DNA of 64,000 bases from Patellaria atrata CBS 101060 (Eukaryota). A program made the translations under genes and the position numbers. The notes under the pieces are model-generated. The model saw only the letters and a program-made list of their open reading frames with translations, made no database searches and had not been told where the DNA came from. The stretch's first letter is position 1; each line of letters starts with the position of its first letter. Below are positions 27,421 to 38,626 of the stretch, piece after piece. The stretch lies in assembly GCA_010093705.1 (NCBI GenBank), contig MU006100.1, positions 470,745 through 534,744 of the forward strand, given 5' to 3'.

Positions 27421-28924
27421 TTATGTCCCAAGCGCTTCAACAGATGGCTTCAAAGCGTTATAGTTAATGTTGTTAAGAGCTCCATTCCCGACATCCTCAT
27501 ATGGCTTATGGAATTCCTCCAACAACACCTTCAGTCGTCCAGAACCAACCCAACCATGCAGGTGTCGGCATATCGGAAGACCAATCAGCAGGCATTCCTC
27601 GAAATTTTCAGTGTTCAACTCTCTATAACCATTGACTAGTGAACAAACTCTCGTCATGATTCTAAATAGGTCACCCATACCCTCCAATCGTGAATATCCC
27701 GTGTAGCAAGCGCATCGGAATCGTTCCAGCGGGCGGAACGTTGGGATTTTGACCAACGATTGTCGCAAGGGTAGGTCTGCGGGACACTCTGGAGACCCTC
27801 CATCATCTAGTTGGAACAATTTTGGTTTGTTATCTTTGTCCCATTCATCGTACTGAGTACGCCATAGTTCATTTGTTTTGTGAAATTCGAAGCACACAAC
27901 TCTGCAATTCGAGAAGATAACATCTACTATCTCCGAATGCGTTCCCGGATCGATCGATTGGTCATTTAATTTAAAATCTTGAGAAGGCATCGCCACAACC
28001 GGCTTCAACCAGCTTGAAGAGTACCTTGTATTTCCATCCCCTTGACTTGATTGTTGTTTCGAACCCTTGGTCTGTTTGTTTGGTCCTTTGTCCGATGCAG
28101 GCGATGGGTATCTAGCAGCGAATAGTTTGGATTCTATCAAACGTTAGAATTCTCATTGGCAACTGACCATCCATTCTTTTCTTTCACAATAGGAGTCGGC
28201 TTCAGTTGTTTCTCTAAGCTTACTGTTTGAGGACTTCTCGATCGCGTCACTAAGTCTCGTAAAAGCATTTTCCTCTCCTTCACCATAGATAAGCGGTATG
28301 TGTATTTCAAATATTCCCATCAATGAATATGCCATATCTTCCTCACGCTTTGTCTGACGATTATCTGCCCATGAGATTCGGTCTTCAACGGAGAAGGAAG
28401 ACAAACCATTTCCTCGAAGAGCATCAATAGGAACTCCAGTTATCTTTCCGAGTTGTTTCTCAAGCGATTTCTTGTCACCTAGCCGTGCTCCTTCTTTAGA
28501 AAAGAAGTGAACCTAATACGGAGCAATGAGTCCTTTAAGGGTCCAGCCTCGTATACACCACCTACTGTTTTCGATCCGCTCATTTATCGAGACGTCTGAT
28601 AAGTACACATAACATCTTGCTGCTTCACAGTACCAGCGAAACATAGAGTTGATAGCCTCCTGAAGCTCGTTATTATCTGATTTGTCGATACAACATGTAT
28701 CGATCCAGAAATATCCGAGGCCGTCGCGAGCAGCCTGCTCCCCGCAAAACCGAATCTTTTGACCCATCCTTCTTGCTCCCTGAGCGTTCCTTCAAGTCTT
28801 TAAATGGAACCTCTTGATCGTCGTTTCCCCAAGTATAGGATAGTATCGCATAAACAGGGATCTCTTTGAAAAGGTTCTCCGTCAGGCTGAACTCGCCATT
28901 GCTTAGACGCTCCAAAAGACGCAT
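27421..28924 (-). pseudogene. HET-domain (HET-E N-terminal type) pseudogene with unrecognised C-terminal region
   Basis: MRLL..YAILSYTWG..EV, FWIDTCCIDKS..ELQEAINSMFRWY, RGWTL, TKREEDMAYSLMGIF; frameshift near 28763 and stop at 28513-28515. Confidence 0.85.
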
Positions 28925-29249
28925 TTGGAAGGAAAGGTATCAGAGCCTCCTCCTTTAGGGAGATATATATAATGGAAATGCGCAGAGAGAAATTCTTACG
29001 ATGTACCAACGAGTTTAATTAAGTTGATTGAAATCTTTAATGGAAGTAAAGCGGAGTCGAGGGTCAGGCTGAGCCCACGGCCTTTGCACCAGTTACATAT
29101 CTCAAGACTTATCTCCATAGCCAATGCCTGAGGTCAGATTGGCCAGGAGGGTTTGTCAGCTGCAGCGAGGCTGAGAAACCACAACCCCCAAAAAAGGAAA
29201 CTAAATAATAGATAGTGTAGTCGGCCAAAAATTTAAAAAAAAAAAAAAT

Positions 29250-29342
29250 TGATCCAGCAAAAAGTCGAACCCAGGTAACATTGAAGTCAACTGTGACGGC
29301 ACTGCAGGTAGACGAAGTACCTGCCTACTCAGCCACATGCCC
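29250..29342 (-). ncRNA. Putative Pol III-type element, copy 3 (short)
   Basis: Minus strand GGGCATGTGGCTGAGTAGG (A box), hairpin GCAGGTA-7nt-TACCTGC, CCTGGGTTCGAC (B box), then T runs. Confidence 0.5.
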
Positions 29343-29938
29343 GAGTTCGATGGAAGAAAAAGTGCTTGGGGTTGTTTATGACTTGCAGACTGTGAGGGCA
29401 GTCAATTCGTGCTTTTGTACGTGACTTCCTCCCCTCGTGGTTTTTGTAAGTGTCTTCTTTGAGTTTCTTCCCTTCAAGGTACCCCACTGGCAGTGGTAGC
29501 AAAAGACACTATAGTTTATAGATCTCTTAAGTATATCTCCGCACTCCTTTATGCTTGAAAAGTTGGAGAATGGACCTATAATGGCAGGGAATCAACTATT
29601 TTTATTTCTAGATAAGATTGAAGCAAGAAAGTTATACTCCCTGCCTTAAGTAAGGAGTCTTTGCAACAAAGTGATATAATTAGTCTGGATCTAACCGCGT
29701 TCGGGTCAGGCGTCCAGGGTCATAATTAAACGTAGACAGACGTCAACTTGTCAATCTCACCTTTATATATCTGTACATACCTGTAAATCTGGGTTATTGG
29801 AACCTCTCATTCCAGTTGTTTCGTTCTTTACTCTAGGATAGTCATTTAATAAGTAACTTGGTTGTACTCACAGAACCAATCAATCACCACTCGTTTCACC
29901 AGACCTGTACAGATCATATCGTCGCTATACCCGACACA

Positions 29939-31686
29939 ATGGACGACAAGAGCTTCACTGGAGCTTTCGGTCTCAGTAATACATCGATCATTTTTATCTT
30001 TGCGATTCTGGGAATATGCGCTCTTCATTATCACTTCCGCATCCGATTTGACCCGCGCGAACCACCCGTTATCCACCATCCTGTCCCTTATGTTGGACAT
30101 ATATGGGGTATGTTCAAGTATGGGGCAAAGTATTTTCAGATCGTGAAGTATGTACCTCTTCTCTTATATCCCACTCTATTTCATTTCTCTAGTCAAAAGA
30201 AAACAAAATAGAAACTCTTATCGTACTATCCCTCACCTCACACATCATCCCCCTAAAACAGACCAACTAACCCCCACCCAGCCCTCAAAACTACCCAATC
30301 TACACCCTCCCAACACTCACATCCCGCACCTACATCACCACCTCCCCCACGCTCGCCTCCCTAGTCCAACGCACGCACCCAAACCTCTCCTTCTACTCCA
30401 TCATCCTCCCCATAACCCAACGTCTCTGCGCCCTCGACGAACCAACCATGCGCATCGTTCTGGCTAACGCAAACGGGAAACCCGGCCCCGAAGCCCTGAT
30501 GCCCGAAATGCATGAAATGATCACCTCGACCCTCGGCCCCGGCGACGCCCTGCGCGAACTAACCGGGAGCCAAGTAGCGGAGATGGGCCGGCTCTTCGCC
30601 CCCGTCGCGGAGGGAGAGGAAAAGGAGGTGCTGAGTCTGTACGGGTTCGTGACAGACGTGTTCACTAAGGCGAACGCGTGGGCTCTCTACGGGCCGCAGA
30701 ACGTCTTCCGTCGGGATCCCGGGCTCATCCGGGACTTTTGGACTTACGAGGGCGGCATTGTGGGGTTGCTGGCAGATGTCGTGCCCTGGGTTACGGCGCG
30801 CAAGGCGTGGTTGGCACGGGAGAGGTTGATGAAGGCGTTCGAGACGTACGTGGCTGAGAAGGGGTATGAGGAGGCTTCGACGCTTATTCAGCGCCGCGTG
30901 GAGATGAATCGGAGACATGGGTTTAGCGTTAAGATGGCTGGACATGCGGAGTTGATCATGCTGTTTGGCGTCCTGGGGAACGCGGTGCCGACTAGCTTTT
31001 GGGTCGTTACTAACATCTTTTCGCGGCCGGAACTACTCGCTGAGCTGCGAGCTGAGTTGGAGAAGGTAGTGAGGGAAGAGGAGGGAGTCAGGGTGGTTAG
31101 TGTTACGGCATTGAGGGAACGCTGTCCGCTCCTCATCTCGACCATGCGCGAGACCATGCGTGTGATTGCCATTTTGGCCTCCGTTAAGTATGTTCTCGAG
31201 GATACCCTTATCGCGGATAAGTATCTGCTCAAGGCGAACTCGGTCGTGCAGATTGCGTCGGGTGTTACGCATATAGATGAAAATATATGGGGTGCGGACG
31301 CGAAGACCTTTAATCCCCGGCGTTTCATGGCTCCCAAGCCGGTTAACGGATCTACTGAGAAAGAGGTTATCGACAGGAAGGAGCCGGAGACGCAGCAGAG
31401 TGCGGTTAATCTCCCTAAGGGTGTTCCCTCAGCAGCATACAGGGTCTTCGGTGGAGGTAGTGTGATATGTCCCGGGAGACATTTTGCACAGAATGAGATA
31501 GCTGCTTTCACGGCGATGATGGTTCTCGGGTTTGATATGGAGGAAGCGGACGGGGGACGCATTCGGTTACCGGAGAAGGATGAGCAGACTGTCCCGTTGA
31601 GTGTGATGAAGCCGAAAAAGGATATTCAGGTTAGAATGATGAGGAGGGAGGGGTTTGAGAACGTGAAGTGGGAAATGGAGTTGTAA
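29939..31686 (+). CDS. Cytochrome P450 (CYP7/CYP8-like fungal group)
   Basis: join(29939..30147,30282..31686); N-terminal anchor plus EPP..PYVGH, ExxR (ETMR), FNPRRF, heme motif FGGGSVICPGRHFA. Confidence 0.92.
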
Positions 31687-32096
31687 ATATCCCATCCTTA
31701 CAACGGGAGGAGATGCATGGCTACGCAAATGTCGAGTTACGGCGCTGTTACTGGTGCAAGACATTTTCAACCTAATGTGACGACAAATGAATTGCGAAGG
31801 CCCATGGAACTAAAGGCCTAGACTTGGAGTTCGTCATAGGGTGTAAAATTATGGAAAGGGGCATGGAAACAAGACATAAACGCCAGTGATTAAACGTAAC
31901 GCTCACTATAAGAAAATCCCGAACAATATGAAATTCCAGTTTTATTAAACCTTTCGTCTTTCCTGGTTGATCGTTGACTGCAGAACGTCATGATCCCAGA
32001 GTGTTTCATTTGTCGAGATAAACACTGGGGGTTTTCAAAGGTATGATGGCACTGGAAAAGTTATTATTGGATCATCAAAAATAGGATGGTCCTGAC

Positions 32097-33000
32097 TTAC
32101 TGAGGTTTCAAGTCCTCTGTCATCTTGTAATCAACCCCATACCGAAACTTCATATTCAGTGCAATGTCCTTTGGGACATGCAACTTCACCGTCCACACAC
32201 TGTAAGTACCTGATGCATCCCGCCTGATGTGGTTCTCCCAAGATGTATGTACAGTCTGCTTTGATCCGGGACCGTAGGCCATGAATTCGACTGTTGTAAC
32301 CTAATTCAACATGATTTAGCGGAAGGAAATGTTCAGATTGCGAAATCAACTCACAAAGTCCCTCCGTAGCGCAGGATGCTGGGACGCCGATAGAGGCTCA
32401 CAGTGATGGGCTGGAAACCCCCAAGAATGAACGTTCCAACTCGTGGGAAGCTTCTGTCCATAGAATTTGCCGGAATTCTTTGGCGAACACCGCTATGTTA
32501 CCCCTAAATGGGTATTTGCAGTGGAAGCGTCTGCTAAACAGCCACAACATGATAAGTGATCAGCAATTGAAAAAAAGTCCCTAGATATAGAAATACCTTC
32601 GTATTAATTTTCGAGCAAAGTGCTCTGGGACGGTAACTCTTCCAAATTTTCTACCTACCCATGCCACAGTTGTAATGCGCACCTCGAGAAAGGTCATGTT
32701 TTTGCAGATAGATATCTATTAAGAGATCAGTATTTCTTCCGTCTACGCCAGTAGTAACATGAAATAGATATCTTAGGGATCTCTACAAGCCACTCGACAA
32801 TGTTCTTGGAGCGGTCTGATTGAATCACACCACGCTCATCAAGTTCTGTCTCGTAAATCAATCCCCATTGTGAACGCTCTTTGGGAGAGCATGAACCAAA
32901 TACGCATGATTGATTCTTTGTGTAGGTTGTCTTTCAGGATGGCAGGACCAGTAACTCCAAAGCGAAATTGAAAGATCCTCGATCAATGTGTGTGGAAGAG
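32097..33000 (-). pseudogene. Decayed paralog A of an unknown tandem gene family
   Basis: MRIWFMLSQRAFTMG / LIYETELDERGVIQSDRSKNIVEWLVEIP, with +1 frameshift in GGGG near 32865; boundaries approximate. Confidence 0.6.
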
Positions 33001-33999
33001 TTTTGTGTTGTTGTTGAGAAGAGACAACGGTTTGCGAACGCAGTTTAAGAATTTGGGTCACGCGATATGACGAACGAGTGATTGAACACCTTAGAGACAC
33101 ATGCAAATTTATTTGTGCACAGAAATTCGCGTCATGCCAAGAGTACTTGAACGGCATGGGATATTTTGGACATGTTGGGTGGGAGAAAGGGGATGGGAGG
33201 TGATGTGGGAGCTGGGAGTGCAACGTGACTTCCTGAAAATGGGTGCATGGGGATTTCTTTTTATTTTTTTATTTTTTTTGGAAATATTATGAAATACTAA
33301 TGAAGTAGTCAAGTGTGCTTCGTGCTGTTTCTGCTTCTGTCATTTCATATTCATATTGAAACTAGCGTGTCAAAGTGATCAAGTGACCTTCGAGCTGATA
33401 ACATCCAAAGTAGCGGAAATGGTCACTAAAGTACAAACAAAGCGGAATAGCTAACAACCCACACAAGTAACCCGTAAGCTTTGGTACTGACTCCATCAAG
33501 ATGCGGGAAATTCTAATATTCAAACTACTATCAGCACGTAAGGAACAAGATCACATCATCACAGCAACATTAGAGCATGAGGTTGAGTTGTGTTGAGTGA
33601 CTTCGATGAGCCTCAGAGGAGGCTGGCTAGGAGATAGGGAGAAGTGTGGTAGGGGGGTGAAATGATCCTGAAACCGGTATCGGAAGGAGTATCATGGAAG
33701 AGAAAGTAAGGTAAGGAAAGAATTTCTGTGTCATGGTAGATGCTGGGGAGTCATTTGCCTCTAAATTTTTGACCGTGCTCCAATATCTTATGTTCAGATT
33801 TCCCACTGCCTTTGCTCTGTGGAACGAACTATCCACCAATATTAGAGAGATCACCCAGGAGAAGAATGCATCCGCGGACTTGGAACGTCTCCCCACGTAG
33901 ATCGTAATAGGATAATCCGTGAAGGTGAACAAAATATTCCTGTAACAACTGCGATCAGTGACTAAATTCGATGCACCATTGAAATGAACATAGTCTACA

Positions 34000-35121
34000 T
34001 ACCTGTGGACAAAGTTCATCTCTAGTGTCCATTCCTCCCTGGTGATGGGTTCCGTCCCGAGAGTCCTATGGGTCCAAATGCATATGAGAAAGTGTCTAAC
34101 AAGGAGTAATCCTCCTGTAAGTCCTGTCCCAAAGTCTTCCTCTCTGGAGACAACAGAGTCGAACTAGAATAATCAAGTATGAGTGTGAGAGTTCGAGCAC
34201 TGACGGATAAGGCCCCTCACGATCGCATCCCATATATAACGATATTCCTCCGTATCTAGATCATTGTTACAGTCCACCGCAAACTCCTTTGAATGATTAA
34301 GTGCTTGATGCGAAGCTGATGACCACATTACATCTACGCAGCTATTGTATAGCTCTTGCTTCTCTGATAATTCAAAGACTTGTTCGCATTTATGAAGTCT
34401 ACTCTCATACTCGCTAGTCCCTTGAACATTAGCATGATGATACTAATTCTTAGGGTAATGTTTGTCTCTGCTGATAATTACCATGCTGGGAATTAGTATT
34501 TTGGATACTTTAAGATCGCCGTCCTTTTGTTTTCCCAAAAGGCTGTATGTACCTCGAATCATCTGCGGATATTTTCCCGTATACAGAAAGCTGTCCGCTC
34601 TCAATCAGCAAAACACAAAGATACTGAATAGGCACGTAGTTTGCGGGACTCACCAGCCATGCAATGATCTGAGGAGCGTGTCCAAAGGGAATCATATGAT
34701 TTTCTCCCACCTCCTCCTCAGAAACCATTTTCAGTTCGAGTGCCTTGAGTGAAAGCATTCCCCAAACGCGCAATAGCCATTCATTCCAGCTTATATCCTT
34801 GAAGGTTTCTCCATGAAAGTGTTAGTGCAATCATTGAAACCCTCTGTAAATTTAGGACCTGACAACACAATTCCGGTGGGGTCCTTCCCCATGAGCGAAT
34901 CTCTGAATTTGTTGTGGGTCATAGAGCTAGATTTGAGAGAGATGAGGTTGTGCGTGCCCTTTCTTTATCGTTTCAGTGAGAGCCAGTTCTCACGTTGGTT
35001 CATTATCATCACCTGAACCATCTTCCGAGCGAAGTAAAGTCTTTGACCGCTGTGTCCTCGACTGCTTTGTCTTCAACTGCTGTGTCTTTGCTCCTTTTGA
35101 AGGTGGTTCTTTCACACCCAT
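34000..35121 (-). pseudogene. Decayed paralog B of the same family
   Basis: FTEGFNDCTNTFME / TFKDISWNEWLLRVWGMLSLKALELKMVSEEEVGENHMIPFGHAPQIIAWLVSP; frameshift near 34810 and upstream stops; boundaries approximate. Confidence 0.6.
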
Positions 35122-35625
35122 CGTGAACGCAATGTAGCGAGCGAGATAAGGGTCAATCCAGGGAAAAGGAACGGATGGGTGAAGAGAAGATGAAAGAGGT
35201 AAAAACCCGAGTGTCCAAAGAGAAGATATGCCACAAAACACTCTAGTAGTGGTCAAACGGAACGCTAGCAGAGATAGACAACTCCACAATTACCGGATGT
35301 TTGAACAACACTGATGATACGCAAACGAAGAAAGATGGTAAAAGTTGAGAGAAGAATCCATATAAAAACATGACCGAATAAGGTGCGTTCGTCAGCAAAC
35401 CCTATGACGTTCGGCTATCAAAGAACGTCTTAAATCTTCTGCTTTTGCATGAAATTTGAGTAGCAAGTCCCGCAGGAGAAACTTTTACGACAACGCGTTT
35501 GTAAAAGTGGGCTCTCGGACTGTCCCAGCAGCCTTTGAAGTATGTTTAACACTGCTTTGACAGATAAAATAATTATTTACTAAGAGAAGCGAATTACAAA
35601 GCCAAAAAAAAAAAAAGGAAAAAGG

Positions 35626-35792
35626 AAAAACAGTTCCCACCCGCTCCCCACACCCCACAGATCGAGATCCATGGAGCGATGAGGTACTTCTTCTTGAGGG
35701 CATTAACCCCCCTCTCATGTTCGACCTCTGGAACGGTTGGTTTTGACCTGACCAGTGTGGTGGGGGGTTTTCTACCATTAGGCCATGGGTCT
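35626..35792 (-). ncRNA. Putative Pol III-type element, copy 2 (homologous to 12427-12596)
   Basis: Minus strand TGGCCTAATGG (A box), CCCACCACAC, GGTCGAAC (degenerate B box), GAGGG..CCCTC hairpin, GTACC..GTGGGAACTGTTTTT end identical to copy 1. Confidence 0.6.
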
Positions 35793-36939
35793 CTGGGATC
35801 TGGAAAGAATTCACGGTTCGTTTGTTGATAAGCTGCAAATAAGTTAGAAGGAATGTATTTGGGGCTGACTAAGCATGGATGAAGAAAAAAAATTATAAGA
35901 ATTCATCCAGGGCATCCGTGTGGCGCCATTACGCTACTATAGACAGAGATACTTTCTATCAGCCTAGAAAATAAAAACCCCAAGTGAATTCTGTTTTTTT
36001 TTTTTTAAAAAAAACTCTGTCAAACTATGCTTTGCGAGCGTGACTTGTCTCTTCCCTCATCGTCGCATCCCCAATACACCATACACTCTATACACAAGAT
36101 GTCTCCGCCCATACTATACGAGAAGTAGGGAAAGTAAGGAAATTCGTACTTTCACAGACCAATAGCCCATGTAAAGTGCGGAAAGTACATCAGCATCTCC
36201 TCCGGTTGTGGTTGAAGAAAGATGTACATAAGCGAGAGTAGGTATGGGTTTTATCAAGGCATATAACAATCGAACAAGACATTCGGAGGTTCATGAGAAA
36301 AAATTTAGTTTGGGAAAAATTTGTTTTAGGAGCGAGAACTGTGATAAAATTGAATGTGGGAGAGAAAGTCCAGTTTCTACATAATTACAGGATTGAAACA
36401 GCGCTAAAGAACGTCTAAAAAGATATCCTAAAATGCGGTAGGTCTCATTATACTATACGCATGGATTCTAGTGAATTCATGCATTATTCCCAAGAACTAG
36501 CTTTAGACGACGGAAGAGGATAACAGCTCATGATTCCAACTCCATAAATGTGGTGAAAGAGGGGTGGATCCTGGAGAATCGATAGAGGGCCTATAAAATA
36601 TATCTCGTGTCGGGGTCATGGGGCTCGCGGGCGGACGGTACGTGCCCCCGGATATGTTATGATGTCGGTGTATATTTCCAAAGTGTCGCCACTATGTTTA
36701 GCAATTTGTGTCAGTAAATGAGTATGAGAGATAAAGAGAGCAGAATGCATACTTTAAGCCAAGACACCGTGCTATCTCAGTGGGAAAGCGTAGCTTCAGA
36801 TGCCATGTCGTCTGCTCGTCCATGTGGACTTGATCCCAAACTATTCCCACAGCGTTGTAGGGTATCAATTCTGCGCGTGCTTGTTCGGAGCACTCATAAC
36901 AAATGAGATCGTAGACGCGGGACTAGAGAACCATAAGCT

Positions 36940-37702
36940 TTAGAAGATAGGATGTGCGATCGACAGACCCACAACTCTACTCCACAGATTGTGGTATTCA
37001 CGAGTAGAGAGATTCCCATAGGAATCGAGAATAAACTCATGACCTTCTGCCGGTGCCAGCTTTGAAATCCTCATCCAAGCTTCCATAAGAAAGCGGTTCC
37101 GCAGTATTTGTTTGTTTGTCACCTCAAAAGTGTGCTCACACTGATATTGTTTTTCTCTAGAAAGATATCAGCATGGTGACATTACACGGAGTAAATACAT
37201 CTGTAGGGGCTTACCCTTTGGGAGTATAATACGATGGAAACCCCAAGACGAGCCTCTTCCTCTCGTGCCATGAACCTTCAATGAACCTTGTATCCCGAGC
37301 ATCCATTTTGTCATATTTGCAGAGCTTTAATACCCATTAGCTACATCAGATCACATCTATTCAGCGTAGAGGGTCACTTACAAGCCAGTCGATAATTTGG
37401 GGGCAACGTTTGCAAGGAATCATGCCATCCGTGGCAAACTCTGTCTCGTGTACCATTTGTGATTCGAGGGCCTTCAGACTAAGGGTTTCCCAGATCCGCA
37501 ATAACCACTCGCTTCGCTTGGTCTCTTGCACGATCCCTTCCATCAATATACTCGAGCAGTTCTTGAAATGATCTGTGATACCAGAGTCCTTAGACTCGAA
37601 ATCGAATAATCTACTCTGTGCTCGAAAAGGTTTATGTAGAGTGAGAACTCCGTCTTTGTTTGAAAGGACATTGCGAATAAAAGGTTCGCTATCTTGTTCC
37701 AT
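36940..37702 (-). pseudogene. Paralog C of the same family (truncated or decayed)
   Basis: ITDHFKNCSSILMEGIVQETKRSEWLLRIWETLSLKALESQMVHETEFATDGMIPCKRCPQIIDWLVSDP; 3' extent uncertain. Confidence 0.6.
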
Positions 37703-38626
37703 TGGTTGGTTAGGTAGAATCTCGGCTTTGGTTTTTCATCCTCATCATTCTCGATAGGAATTTACAATGGTGTGCATTGTCTATTTGTTTTCACAAGCTT
37801 CCGGAGTGGGTGTAATCTGTCTGGAGCAGGTTTAGAGCTCATAGTAATTACAGCGTTCGGTAGGAAGGAACTGGTCTAAGAACGCGTGAGTGTGTAAGGC
37901 AGTGTCGTTGTTAAACGTTGGAATATGAGGAAGCAGGGACACAAGTCAAAGGGAAATACTAATTTCACGGTACCTGCCGAGATTACAAACAGATTAGATC
38001 TCCCGGGACTCTCTGATTATAGAATATTGATAAGCAAAAGAAATCATGACTATAGAAAACGTAGTGAGCTGTTATAAGAAATAATTTGCGCGAGCATCCT
38101 ACGGTAGAAGTGTCAGCAATCCCTTATCTTCTATACGATTGAGCTCTTGGTACACTTCGGATCCACCTTACACAACAGACCTTCTTGTACAGTAACGTGG
38201 GAAGCCCCTTTGAGAGTGAAAGTACAGGAGGTGAGGATTGTTATGATAGGAGACGTGACATACTTAACGAAGCTGGGACCAGGGACATCTGAACATGAAA
38301 GAATCGAGATTCATCGGGATACTCTTTGACTGAACTCCCTAAGTTGATAATCAAATTGTTCGACGATAGAAGACAACCATTGGAGAGATTTGATGAACTG
38401 GAAAGAATACCTCAAAGCAATTACAAAAAGTGACCTAAACTTCATTCTCCGCGGGTAATATAAGTGTCCCGTCCGTAGACTAGTCTTTTGAACAACGCCC
38501 AAGAAAACTGGACGAACACGAAAAGCTGCCCGTTCTAGAAAGCAGCCACCTATCTACATCAACTCCCAAAGTTTACACATAACACATTAATCAAACAAAA
38601 CTACACGAACATGTTGAAAAGCACTT

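Noticed and set aside
30888..31562. 224-aa antisense ORF
   Set aside because: Shadow of the P450 coding strand.
22551..31686. Secondary-metabolite cluster (membrane protein, MDR, P450)
   Set aside because: No PKS, NRPS or terpene synthase and no cluster regulator; genes are separated by a HET pseudogene.
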